DNA from: Mobula hypostoma
Lineage: Eukaryota
Length of the DNA stretch: 64,000 bases
Direction: 5' to 3'
Assembly (NCBI RefSeq): GCF_963921235.1
Contig: NC_086109.1
Coordinates: 36,768,001 to 36,832,000, forward strand
The position numbers and the translations under genes were made by a program. Under the pieces are notes generated by a model. The model was not told where the DNA came from, searched no databases, and saw only the letters and a list, made by a program, of their open reading frames with translations. Shown here piece by piece: positions 26,493 through 38,800 of the stretch. Within the stretch, counting starts at the first letter, position 1. Every line of letters starts with the position of its first letter.

Positions 26493-27674
26493 CAACCTGC
26501 CTAGCAGAGTCGCAGCTGCCCAGATCACCAGAGACTGCAGCCAGGTGGGGTCTATGGGTTAACTTGTCAGCAGTTCCCAGCAGTGTGGGTTACACACAAG
26601 CAAGATTGTAGTCGAGTAAAGATAGACCCAGTTGAAATAGAGGAGGGTCTGTACAAACTCCCTAAGCAGGACCTTATACAAAATGACACACTGACTGCTG
26701 TTCAGGGTATAGTGAAAGAACAAAAAACACCGGGGGATACTCAGAGAGACTGTGACCATTCCAGAACACAAAGTTTTCCCAGTTCGTCCAACGGCAGACA
26801 TTACTGAGAATAAGGCAGCAGGGGAACAAGAGGCAATTGAAATTGCAAGTGTGCAGGAGGAAACGACAGAAGCCAGCTCAGTGAAATTATATGAAGAGGT
26901 GGAGGCGAAGAGAAAGAAAAATGGAGGAGAAAAGGAGCAAAGGAGGGACCAGATGGGTGCTGGACACATGGGGAGGAAAGAGTCGCGGTAGCCCCACCCT
27001 GTATTAGACAGATACTACTGAAGTTATATCATGGGGTGATGCATCAGGGAAGGCAGAGCATGATCACAACCTTCCGGCAGGACTGGTGGTGGCCAGGGAT
27101 GGGCAGGGATGTTGAGAAATTCTGCTGCTGTTGTATCATTTGTGTCCAGCATAGCCCTGGTAAGGGCAGAAAGCTACAGCTGGCAAATCAGCCTTGGCCA
27201 AGGGGACCCTGGAAAAACATCCAGATAGACTTCACAAGGCCCCTGCCAAAAAGCAGGGGCAAAAGCTACTGTCTAGTAATTATGGATCACTTCACCTGGT
27301 GGGTACAGACTTTCCCAACAAGGGACTGCACCGCCCACACCGCTGCATGGATCCTAGTTCAGGAAATCCTCCCAAGGTGGGGAACCCCAGTTCAGGTGGA
27401 TTCAGATCAGGGAGCATATTTCACAGGGAAAGTGATGAAGGAAATGTGCCGTCTGCTAGGGATTCGACAATGGTTCCACGTACCCTACCACCCCCAGAGT
27501 TCAGGGATGGTAGAAAGGATGAACCGAACAATCAAGAATGCATTAGCCAAAGCTATAGCTGAGACAAGAAAGACATGTGTTGATGTATTACCAAGAATCC
27601 TGATGAGATTGCGTGCAACCCCAAACCGCACTTTGGGTCTCAGCCCCTACGAATTATTGATGGGGCAAGCAGTG

Positions 27675-28518
27675 TGTTACGAGAATACACATAAAATTAA
27701 GATGTTTGCTGGCCTGGGCTAGCATCAGTGGCATCAGCAATTGGTCTGCCACCTGCCCTCAGGGGAAGGAGAGATAAGGAACAATGGAGCAGTGTCTGGA
27801 GATGTGTAATGAAGGGACGTGGGAGAGAGAGCTGTCTGGAGCGGCTCCCCCTTTGAACCCTGAACTGTTTGAAGTGATGGACAGGCGATACCCCAGCAGG
27901 GGGATAAAAAGGGACAGGTTCGCTAAGACAGGGACACACGCCACCCGAGGTAACGAGACCCTGGAAGCGGTGCACCTCTCACGAGTGGGTGAGAAGTATC
28001 AGACAACGACAAGGGAGGAAAGGTACGATCAGCGGGAACCCGGTGTGTGTCCGCCCTTGCCTGGGTGCCGGGTTCACTGCAGAGGATCGACCGCATCTGG
28101 AGGAGGGGTCACAGTCGGTGACCTCAGGTGACATCACCAAGGACCCGCCCAAAAGCTGTTTGTGAGCCATCTCGCTGGTCTGTGAGTGAAGCAGTGTTCT
28201 GAATGATCAGTTGTTCCTGTTCTCTCTGTCTCTTCCCCCACGTTGTCCATCGCCATGGCAACGATTACTGCGAACTGAACTTTGAGTCATTTTGAAATTT
28301 GGTCATTTACCCCTAGACAACGATAGAGCTTGATTGATGCTGTTATCTTAATTCTGTGCACATGTGTGTTTATCATCACTGAACTGTTGCATTTATTATC
28401 CTTTCGATTACTGTGTTGCTTGTTTCTTTAATAAAACTTTCTTAGTTCTAGTACTCCAGACTCCAACTGAGTGATCCATTTCTGCTGGTTTGGCAACCCA
28501 GTTACGGGGTACGTAACA
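27675..28518 (+). repeat. 5' LTR (844 bp)
   Basis: Direct repeat of 31654-32497. TATA-like GATAAAAA at about 27903 and AATAAA at 28430-28435. Confidence 0.95.
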
Positions 28519-28522
28519 TAAG

Positions 28523-28540
28523 TGGGGGCTCGTCCGGGAT
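28523..28540 (+). promoter_or_regulatory. Primer-binding site complementary to tRNA-Pro
   Basis: TGGGGGCTCGTCCGGGAT, the canonical tRNA-Pro PBS as in MLV, 4 nt after the 5' LTR. Confidence 0.92.
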
Positions 28541-28616
28541 TTTGAACGCTAAATTTGGGACGGAGTAAATTGATTGGGTTAAAATTCCCGAAAGAAAGAA
28601 AAGACAAACAGCAGAA

Positions 28617-30998
28617 ATGGAGGTTGAGGAATTTATAAAGGCGCCGACCTTGGAGGCATTAGAGGATGCCAGGAAATCGGAATTGATAGCTGTGGCCAAA
28701 CGGGTGAATCTTGCTAAGGTGAAGTCGACAATGAGGAGAGAGGAGATACACAGAGCTATTGTAGAGCACTATGTATCTAAAGGTGTGTTTCCCCAAGGTG
28801 AGCTGGGGGAGGTGTCTATTGAAAAACCTGCTGGAGACGCGGTACAGGTACAGCTTGAAAAACTGAGACTCGAGCACGTGTTCCGGGTACGGCAGTTAGA
28901 ACACGAATAGAGGCAGTTAGAAAGGCAGGAGAGAGAGTTAGAAAGGCAGGAGAAAGAGAAAGAGGTAGAAAGGCAAGAGAGAGAAAGACAGTTGGAGAGA
29001 GAGGAGAAACAGAGGGAAAGGGAATTTGAGCTGGAGAAGTTAAAGATAAGGGCCGAGCAGGGGCTCGTGCCGAACCAAGGTGGAGGGTTCCGGGCGACCC
29101 AGGAGGTTAGGCTGGTTCCCCCATTTGATGATACCGACGTGGATCGGTACTTCCTCCATTTCGAAAAAGTGGCTATAAGTCAGGACTGGCCGAGGGATAA
29201 GTGGGTTGTTTTACTTCAGAGTGTACTGAAAGGGAAGGCCCAAGGAGCTTACTCAGCTTTGTCCGCGGAAGATGTCCAGAGGTATGAGGTGGTGAAAGAG
29301 GCCATCCTCAGGATTTATGAGTTGGTCCCGGAGGCATACCGGCAGAGGTTCCGGAATGCGAGGAAGCAGTGGGACCGCACGTATTTGGAGTTTGCTCGTG
29401 AGATGCAAACATATTGTGAGCGTTGGTGCGCCTCGAAAGGGGTAGAGGGGGATTATGACAGACTGCTGCAGCTGATTCTGATTGAGCAGTTTAAAGGTTG
29501 TGTCCCTGAGGGTACGAGACCCTACCTCGATGAGAAAGAGGCAGCCACGTTAGCCGCAACTGCTAAGTTAGCGGATGAGTATGCGTTGACGCATAAAATG
29601 AAGGTTGCCCCGAGTAAAGGCTACCAGAAGGGTAGTCAGGACGGCGGGGAGAGTCCGCCGGAAAAGTCAGAAAGTAAGCCGGGGACTTGTGAAAAGGATA
29701 AGGTAGACCGGGAGCAGTCTGGTAGGAAGTCTCCTGGGGTCGTCTGTTATAATTGTGGGAAAGTCGGACACTTTGCGTCCAGGTGCTTTGCCCCAAGGAA
29801 GGAGACGGGGAAAGGAAAAGCGGAAATTTTGAATGGCTGTATTGAGCTGTTAAGCGAACCGCTAGGGAAGGACAGGTCTGAAAAAGTCCAGGAAGGGCGC
29901 GAGAGGTTTATCTCGGCCGGACTGGTGTCAGTGAAGGAGAGGTTAAAACCAGTTCCAGTGCGGATCTGGAGAGACACGGGTGCGTGTCAGTCACTAATAC
30001 TGAAGAGTGTATTAGAGTTTAGCTCAGAGACCCAGACTGGGGAGGTAGAGGTCAAAGGTGTTGGGGAAGGGACAGAGTCAGTCCCTGTGCACCAGATACA
30101 CTTACAGAGCAACCTGGTCTCTGGACTAGTCACGATCGGGGTGAGGTCCGTATTACCGATGAAAGACGTGGAAGTCTTGCTCGGTAATGACATCGCCGGA
30201 GGAATTGTGTTCCCAGTCGTGAGATTGACGGGTCAGCCTGCCAGCATTGAGGCCCGGCCCATGGACTCACAGGTTCATCGCGGGCCCCCGATGGTGAATT
30301 TGGCCGAAACATTTCTGCCAACCTTGTATGAGACAGGGTGTAGTGAGATAAGAGGTAGTGAGGGAGCTGGGACAGACGTAGCAGTAGCCAGGAAAGAATT
30401 TGTGCAGACGCAGGAGCGAGACGAGGGGCTGATGGTTTTTGCAGAGACAGCTCTCTCTGACACAGCCTTGACAAGGGAACTAGTAGGCTATTGTGCGGAT
30501 GAGGAAGTGCTAAGGAAGAAAGGGAAATCAAGTACAGTGCCCGCAGATGAGGAATGGGGGGTGGTGCAAAAGAGTTATGGGGATGAGGTACCCCCCGGTG
30601 GACATTTTGCGGTGCTGGAGGAAACAGTTGGTGGAATCATGAAAGAGATTTACCGGCTGCCCAGGAAAAAAAATGTTATTGATCATGACCGACGCAAACT
30701 GAGACGGTCACCGGCTTTTGATATGCTAACAAACCTAGTCGGTGTTAGCGTGGAAATCAATGAAGCTAGGGGCCCCCTGATAAGAGGAAAAAACCATTTT
30801 GAAAAGATTAGGATGGGATCGGTCAGATGGGAGAAGGCTATTGTTTTGGCCAGGTCTACTGATAAGGTCTCTCCCTTAATCCCCGAACAAAGCGAATCTT
30901 TAGAAGGAGTAATTAAACGACTCGCACCTATGTGTTTGATTGTCCCAAGGAAATGCAAAGAACTGGGACGTTGGGTTATGTCTGTTACAATAGGGTAG
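28617..30998 (+). pseudogene. gag: Gag (coiled coil, SCAN-related capsid, CCHC knuckle) plus aspartic protease; one in-frame TAG at 28908-28910
   Basis: ORFs 28617-28910 and 28992-30998 share a frame. Motifs: LVPPF...YFLHFEKVA...YELVPEAYRQRFR, CYNCGKVGHFASRC and protease RDTGA. Confidence 0.85.
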
Positions 30999-31530
30999 CC
31001 CAGTAAAGAACACTCATATATATTGAGTAATTCAGTGACTAAAGGGCTGATGACCACAGAGGTGTGTATTGGCAATTTAATACGGCTGTTTGAAGCCAGC
31101 TTGATAGTGAACCTTGAAAAAAATGAATTCGGCCACACGAGGGTCACTTACCTGGAAATTGTGGTGACACAGGGGCAGCTGGCAGCGATGCAAGCTACAG
31201 TGCAGGCTATCGCTGACCTCCCAACCCCGATAGACAAGAGGGCCCTCAGAAGGCTCTTGGAGATGGTGGGGTACTGCAGGAAGTTTTGCAATAACTCTGC
31301 GGTCAATACCCGTCCCCCTCCTACTAAGCCCTTGCGAGAGAAAATTGAGTCGGAATGGGACGACCCTTGTTATTGTGGTCCGGGACAAAACCAAATGAGA
31401 GGTTACATTGGTCGCAATTCATCAGTGTTTTTGGCCACTATGAAGTTTGCTGAGTTGGAGCCTGGTCTAAGGGATTATTAATAACACGTGTAAAAGGAAC
31501 AGAAAGTGTGATGACTGTCTGTCAAGGTGT
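30999..31530 (+). pseudogene. pol: Collapsed RT/RNase H relic
   Basis: PSKEHSY (cf. PIKQHPY), EVCIGN at the YIDD position, LIVNLEKNEFG..VTYL...QAIADLPTP...LRRLLEMVGYCRKF, then frameshifted RVKGTESV/DCLSR. Confidence 0.7.
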
Positions 31531-31653
31531 TGACAGCTTCAAATTCTCTGTATTAGCTAAATAACTGTTAAAGATGTATATTGTGTATGTATCAGATAAT
31601 GTAGTCATGTTTGTAATTTTTACCTCCCGGTAAAAATCCTTAAAGGGGGGAAG

Positions 31654-32497
31654 TGTTACGAGAATACACATAAAATTAAGATGTTTGCTGGCCTGGGCTA
31701 GCATCAGTGGCATCAGCAATTGGTCTGCCACCTGCCCTCAGGGGAAGGAGAGATAAGGAACAATGGAGCAGCGTCTGGAGATGTGTAATGAAGGGACGTG
31801 GGAGAGAGAGCTGTCTGGAGCGGCTCCCCCTTTGAACCCTGAACTGTTTGAAGTGATGGACAGGCGATACCCCAGCAGGGGGATAAAAAGGGACAGGTTC
31901 GCTAAGACAGGGACACACGCCACCCGAGGTAACGAGACCCTGGAAGCGGTACGCCTCTCACGAGTCGGTGGGTAGTATCAGACAACGGTCAGGGTGGAAA
32001 GGTACGATCAGCGGGAACCCGGTGTGTGTCCGCCCTTGCCTGGGTGCCGGGTTCACTGCAGAGGATCGACCGCATCTGGAGGAGGGGTCACAGTCGGTGA
32101 CCTCAGGTGACATCACCAAGGACCCACCCAAAAGCTGCTTGTGAGCCATATCGCCGGTCTGTGAGTGGAAGCCGTGTCTGAATGATCAGTTGTTCCTGTT
32201 CTCTCTGTCTCTTCCCCCACGTTGTCCATCGCCATGGCAACGATTACTGCGAACTGAACTTTGAGTCATTTTGAAATTTGGTCGTTTACCCCTAGACAAC
32301 GATAGAGCTTGATTGATGCTGTTATCTTAATTCTGTGCACATGTGTGTTTATCATCACTGAACTGTTGCATTTATTATCCTTTCGATTACTGTGTTGCTT
32401 GTTTCTTTAATAAAACTTTCTTAGTTCTAGTACTCTAGACTCCAACTGAGTGATCCATTTCTGCTGGTTTGGCAACCCAGTTACGGGGTACGTAACA
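31654..32497 (+). repeat. 3' LTR (844 bp)
   Basis: Direct repeat of 27675-28518. Confidence 0.95.
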
Positions 32498-33706
32498 AGT
32501 GCGACTCCCTTATGGGGTAATTACAGGTTGCTGGAAGCCTGGGGCTTACAGGGATGGAATGATCCAATATGTGAAAGACCTTTGTAACCAACTTAAAGTA
32601 TTGAAGGACCGAGTGAAACAACAGCAGCGAATCGCTGATCAGAGAGAACCAGAGGGAACGGGGATAGTCCTTCCACAGCCCGGTGATCAAGTTATGGTGA
32701 GGGTGCTGCCAGAAAGGCTGGGATTTGCCCCCAAGTGGATAGGACTACAGACGGTACTCTTAACCAATGATACGTGTGTCTGTGTACAGACTCGGCGAGG
32801 CAGCCAGTGGAAACACTGGACTCAGGTTAAAGCATACGACTCACCCTCTTGTTGCTCCCACAGACAGGGCGGGGAACCAAGTGTACCCAGTAACCATGTA
32901 ATTACAGAGAACCTAAGAGAGGAACACCAGCCGGCCATGCCAGACCTGACCACAGCCGATGAAAACATACCCGGAGAAAACACAAAAGCAGAAAACGCCA
33001 AGAACGTGGCAGAAGACACAGAAAGCATGTTGGAAAAACCATGAACAGCTTGCTAAAGTGTGATGATGATGGTAATCTGTAAAGAAGGCTGGTTGCTGAA
33101 GGTAGATGTTTAATTTTATAGCAATAGTATAGAAATTTATTGGGAAATAGATGGGGGAGGGATTTTTGAGTTATAGCAGAGACGGGAAGTTCCACCACTT
33201 CGATGGCATTTCAGACTGCACACGGCATCTGGAAGCAGTCACCCCCAGTCTGAGGAGCTGGACCCTTTTCAGCAATTGGGTCAGTGATCGACCGGGCAGT
33301 TCGGAAGGGGGTGCCACCGGGGAGAGGTCCTTGCAGACATTTACGTAGAGGCCACCCCAACCCCTTCCTGTCCATCGATGAGAAGGCCTTTGGGTGCTCC
33401 TGGAAGGAGAGTTTCAGAGACCAGGGGATAAAGGGCTGAAGACAAAGGAATATGATTAAGCTGCAGTCAGCCTACAGGGAAAGAGCCAACCGGCACATGA
33501 AAGGAGCCGCATTCCTAAGAACAGCCTCTCTGCTTAACATTTGGTAGGTAGTGATTAGGGAATGCTAGGATAGATATTGAGGTATATAAAATTGGGGGGG
33601 GGATTTGAGACAGGGCATTTTGCTGCCCTCTTTGAGCAGATCCTCCTAGGTTGGCCTTTCCTGGTACAAATTTAATTTTTTGTCCAGGAGGGCCAAGAGG
33701 AGGGAA

Positions 33707-34278
33707 TGTTAGAGTGAGTTTTTGGGTGGATGATTCATTTACACTTAAATGACTCTGGCCACCGGTCTTCTATTTAACAAAGTACTGTGGATTGAGTTTC
33801 CAACAATGCATTTCCTAAAAGCTGTGAATATCAGGATACTAGCCAGACACTGTGGATGGATGTGTGAAGTTTACAGATAGTTTCGAAGACCGTATTACCT
33901 ATACTTCATAGATATGAATTGCCTTCTATGTTAGCACGTAAAAAGCCACATAAGAGTACTTAACTTGCATTCCTAAAGGCTGTGGCTACCAACTCAGACA
34001 TGTTGGTGTCAGAAGGAAAGGATGAAGTTAGAAGGTGTGATGTTTTGTATGTAGCTTCAAAAGGAAGCATTGTCTGTGCATTATCTATAACTTTGTAAGT
34101 AGCAATTGCCTTTGTGTTTAGCATATAAATATAGAGCCCACATTGGGCTAGCAGACCTTTCCACCGAAGGCGTCTCCATCCGTATGATGCCTGCTGTACC
34201 TTGTTGTGTCGAATAAAGAAGCTGCTTTGTATCTACCAGTGACTCTGTCTCTCCAGTGATTTCATCCACCCCACAACA
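33707..34278 (+). repeat. ERV 3' LTR (572 bp)
   Basis: TGTT...AACA termini directly after the PPT. TATAAAT at 34124 and AATAAA at 34212. Confidence 0.8.
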
Positions 34279-35860
34279 GTAAAACGCTCCCAGTGCATAG
34301 GGGTGGGTAAGTGGTAGAATTTGGGGTATTTTTGAGAATGTAACGAGAATAAAAATGGGGTGAACGTAGCAGTCGCATATGTCAATGAAGGATGGTCAGC
34401 ACAGGCTCAGTGGGTCTCACTCTGGCAGACAATATTGGTTTTATTCATGCTGCACTTCTGTCTGACTTCATGAATCCAAATGGTAACAAGGTTTTGCTCA
34501 TTGTCAAGGAGTGCACTTTCCTGAGGAATTGCATATGAAGTGCAAGGCGTATGAAAATGTCCACCCTTCCAATGCTGAGGGTTAATGTAATTTAATGCCT
34601 TAAGCTATTAGCTATTCAAGTGTAGAACAGTTTTCATGGCATCCTACAACAATGCCTGTCTGTACTATCAATGCTCAAAAGAATGCAGATATTATTTCAG
34701 ATATATTAGAAGAATCCAATCTAATTAAGCAGACACATAACATTATTTAATAAATAATTGTTAACACAAAGTAACAATAATGTATGAAATAGATTAGTTG
34801 TTCACCATTTGCAAAGAGAATGTACAAGCAAAATTTGAACAGTTATTTAACTTGTTGATAAATTTTCAACAATGACAGCTGAAGACCGCTGGTGAAGATT
34901 TGGTGGTCCTCTCGGTAATCATAAATTTAAAATTAATCAACCTTTAGTTTTGAGAATCTAAGTAAGCAAAATATCACATGCAGCTAAACTTTGTAAAATA
35001 CTTTTGACAGTTTTGAATGCCTACACCATAAACTACCTTGGAAGGTTGAATTTAAGATAATCAATAGTGTCTGCCAGAGTGAGGATATTGGCCCAGAATT
35101 CTCTGGCCATGATTACCACATTTGCCATTCATTTATCTGTAAATTTATCTGAAATGGATCCTCAGGAGAATCTCCTTGCATTCAAGTACTTAGAATTATT
35201 CAGGCTATTAAACATATTAAAATAAATAATGTGTTTATATTGAAAAACTTAAAACGAAGAGATTAAATTTATTTAAATACATACTATCAATACAAAACTA
35301 CTAATGATCTGCTACACCCCCAGGCCTTTCACAGTCACCCTTCTCAATTGCAATGAACACTGTCTAACCTAGATCAGCTTCAGTGGGCAGATTCCTCATT
35401 TAAGTACATTGTTAGTGATCCAGACAGCACAGTTGTACTGTCTGAGGAAAAGTCATGTCATTTATTCTCAATGCATGATAAATAAATCACTATTTCTCAT
35501 TGTGCATTATCTAAACATAATCATGATAGCCAAGTTGTGTAAACATTAATAGCTGTAGGTCTGCTGGTAAAGTTTTGAAAATACTACCTTTGCATGCACA
35601 ATAACGTTTGAAATTGACAGAGTAATTAATTCATTGATGTCTTCCATTTAGGAAAGCCTTGCTCATTTTTTGAAACCATTCCTCCAATTATGACTTAATT
35701 TGTATTGAACCATGCCCCCAGACTCAGTTTCTCAGTTATTGCCTTGGCACTACTATTGTGCAAGTGGGGCAGTGTTCGACTGGTCTGGCTTTGGCTCAAC
35801 AGCCTTAGGCAAAAAAAGGCTTGGACAAGCACAGGTGCATGCACTAAGTAGGCTTCTATT

Positions 35861-38800
35861 TCTTTTTTGTAATTTATTTTTTATTGAAGTTCATCATCAA
35901 ACAAGCATTTCCATGAAATGTATTTCAGATACTGTACCTATATATCATATAGTCATATTTGTCACAAATTTCCACGTAATATTTATCTGAAGTATACACT
36001 TATAGAAAGGAGAGGAAAGAAAGAAAATCAAAAGAAGAAAACTATGTATAAAGTAGGGAGTGATTTTTTTATTGCAACATATTCATTGACTTCTGAGAAT
36101 AAAATCAGGCCTATGAGGTGTCATGTAGTTAAACCATTTTTCCCAGTATGAATCAAATAGTTCCAACTTATGATTAACAGATGCTGTTATCGTCTCCATT
36201 TTGTAAATGTCCATTGTAATTTTCATCCATACATTTAAAGTTGGGCTCTCCTGTGATAACCATTTCCTGGTAAGAGTCTTTTTAACAGCCACCAGCAGTA
36301 TATTCATTAAATATTTATCTCTTTTCAACCATTCTTGAGGTATATACCCAAAATATATGGTCTTACTCTCTAAGGGTATTTCACATTTAAAGATACCTTG
36401 TAGGGCATTGTGTATCCCACTCCAATAGTCATTGATTACGAGGCATTCACAGAAAATATGGTAATGGTTTGCATTTTGATTTCCACAATTTCTCCAGCAA
36501 ACAGGGAGGTTGCTATCATAATCACGGGATTTCTGAGAGGGTGTAATAAAATATCTTATTAAGTTTTTCCACCTGAACTCCCTCCATTTCTGTGAACTGG
36601 TACACTTCCATTGATACCTCCATATTATTGTCCATTCTTCCTCAGATATTATTATCCCTCCTTCCTTCTCCCACTTTGTTTTAATGTATGAAGTCGAATA
36701 TATTTTAAGATTTGACAAACCCTTATACACGCTGGAAATTATTCTACTACCATTGTCTGAAATATATGCTTTTCTAAATAGCTCTCTCAAACATGTACTT
36801 GCCTTGGTTACATTTTTAACCATCCTATTAACATACTGTTGCATCTGTAAAAATCGATAAAAGTCTTGTTTTTCTAATAAGTGTTTCTCTTTGAGCATTT
36901 CAAAACTGAACAGTGTTCCTTCTTTCATTATATTGCAAATAGCTGTTATTCCTTTAGCTGTCCAGTTCTTAAATCCAGCATCCAATTTGTTCGGCATAAA
37001 ATCCAAGTCATATGCACACCATTTAAGAATTGCAATCTCACTCTCTCTAGTTTATATTCTTTTATAATAGTTTTCCATATTTTACGAGTCCATTTCACCC
37101 ATGGGTTACCAATAGTATTTTTGTAACTTTGTAGGTTGTTATCAGCCAAAATTGCCTGTATGGGGATGGAAAGTATCCTCTCCTCAATGTTTTTCCATAT
37201 GATGGGTTGCACCAGCATATCACAGCTCTCAACTGTGCTGCGAAATAGTAATCTCTAAGAGAAGGTAGGCCCCATCCTCCCTTTTCCTTGGCTAATTGCA
37301 AAGTTTTGAGATGAACTCTAGTCCTTTTACCTTGCCATATATATCTTGATAGCATCTTATTCCATTCATTGAATTGATTTTGGTTCATCTCTATTGGTAG
37401 GGTCTGAAAGAGATATCGTAGTCTGGGCAGTATATTCATCTTAATAGATTCAATCCTTGAACTGAGAAAAAAAATGAATTAGGTTCCATCTTGTTATATC
37501 TTCCTTAATTTTTTTTATGTATAGGCTGATAATTGCATTCTGATAATTTTGCCAAATCTTTTGACATAATGATGTCCAAATATTTGACAGACTCTGTTTG
37601 CCATGCCCAAGGATATCTACTTTCAATTTCTCTTGGTGGGTTATAGTTATGTGAAAGTAGTTGAGTTTTATCTGTGTTGATCTTTCATCCTGATAATTGG
37701 CCATATTATTCAAAGGATTGCATCAATTTAGGTAAAGAGTATGTTGGTTGCCCTAGATAGTTCAAAATGTCATCTGCGTAACAGGCCCATTTATGTTCTG
37801 TCCCTTTAATAATAATTCCCCTGATATCTTCATTTTGTCTGATGTGTTGAGCTAATGGTTCCAGATATAATGCGAAGAGTAGCGGTGACCATGCACAACC
37901 CTGTTTCGTGCCCCTTTCTAGGGTAATACTATTAGATAAATATCCATTGATTTTAATCCTAGCAGTGGGATTGTCATATAGTGCCTGTATAGTTTTAATA
38001 ATTGTGTCATGTAGACCAAATCCATATAAAACTCTGTAAAGAAAATTCCAATTAACCGAATCAAATGCCTTTTCAGCATCCATGCTCATCACTAGTGCCT
38101 CGATTTCATTTTTTTATATGATCCATAATGTGAAGTGTCCTTCGTCTGTTGTCTTGTGTTTGGCGTTGTTGTATAAAACCTGTCTGATCATTATGTATCA
38201 GTGTGGGTAGAAACTCTTCTAATCACTTGGCCATGATGGAGGTAAATAACTATAATCCATATCAAGAACAGATATTGGTCTAAGTGACCCACATTCCATT
38301 TTATCCTTGCCTTCTTTCGGTATAGCTGAGATTATCACCTCCTTCCAGCTGGGTGGCATTTGCGCCTTTCTTAGAGTCCAGTTCAGTGTGGGGAGCAAAA
38401 CAGTAATTAACTCATTTCTAAATTCCTTATACCACTCTGCCGTATATCCATCTGATCCTGGTGACTTGCTTAATTTAAGCCTACTAATTGCAGTTTTTAG
38501 TTCAGCTTCAGTTATGTCAGCAGTCATCGTTCGATTTTGTTCTTTGCTTAAAGTGGGTAACTCTAAAGAATTCAGGAAGGTGTCAATCTGGGCTATGCTT
38601 CCCCCTGGAGGGTTAGAATATAGAGTTTTGTAAAACATTTCAAAAGCTTCTTGAATTTCACTTAGCTTACTTTTTATCACTTTTGTTCTTGGATCCTTAA
38701 TTCTATGAATTGTATTTTCCGCTATCTTTTTTTTTCAGTTTCCACGTCAGTATTTTCATAGATTTAAATCCACTTTCATAGTGTCCGTTTCAGAAACGTT

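Larger units (their letters stand above)
27675..32497 (+). mobile_element. Non-autonomous Gmr1-like Gypsy/Ty3 LTR retrotransposon with both LTRs
   Basis: TSD AGTG at 27671-27674 and 32498-32501. TGTTAC...GTAACA termini, PBS, and PPT AAAGGGGGGAAG (31642-31653). Internal region only 3135 bp. Confidence 0.93.
27036..33044 (+). pseudogene. pol: Retroviral integrase split into 27036-27674 and 32502-33044
   Basis: Removing the Gypsy element and one TSD restores ...LSPYELLMGQAV|RLPYGVITG... in frame. Confidence 0.85.
26493..34278 (+). mobile_element. Class I-like endogenous retrovirus relic: end of pol, no env, PPT and 3' LTR; interrupted by Gypsy
   Basis: Integrase HHCC region and DDE (QIDF, VDSDQG, HPQSSGMVERMN), with C-terminal PGDQVMV...PKWIG...VLLTNDT...WKHWTQVK. 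PPT AAGAGGAGGGAA just before 33707. Confidence 0.8.

Noticed and set aside
27697..28170. Short ORFs repeated at 31676-32149
   Set aside because: Incidental frames inside the duplicated LTR.
28908..28910. TAG as a programmed read-through codon
   Set aside because: It lies in the Gag N-terminal coiled coil rather than at a gag-pol junction; a GAG/AAG-to-TAG point mutation is simpler.
28992..30998. Host SCAN or zinc-finger gene
   Set aside because: Enclosed by LTRs, PBS, PPT and TSD, so it is retrotransposon Gag-PR.
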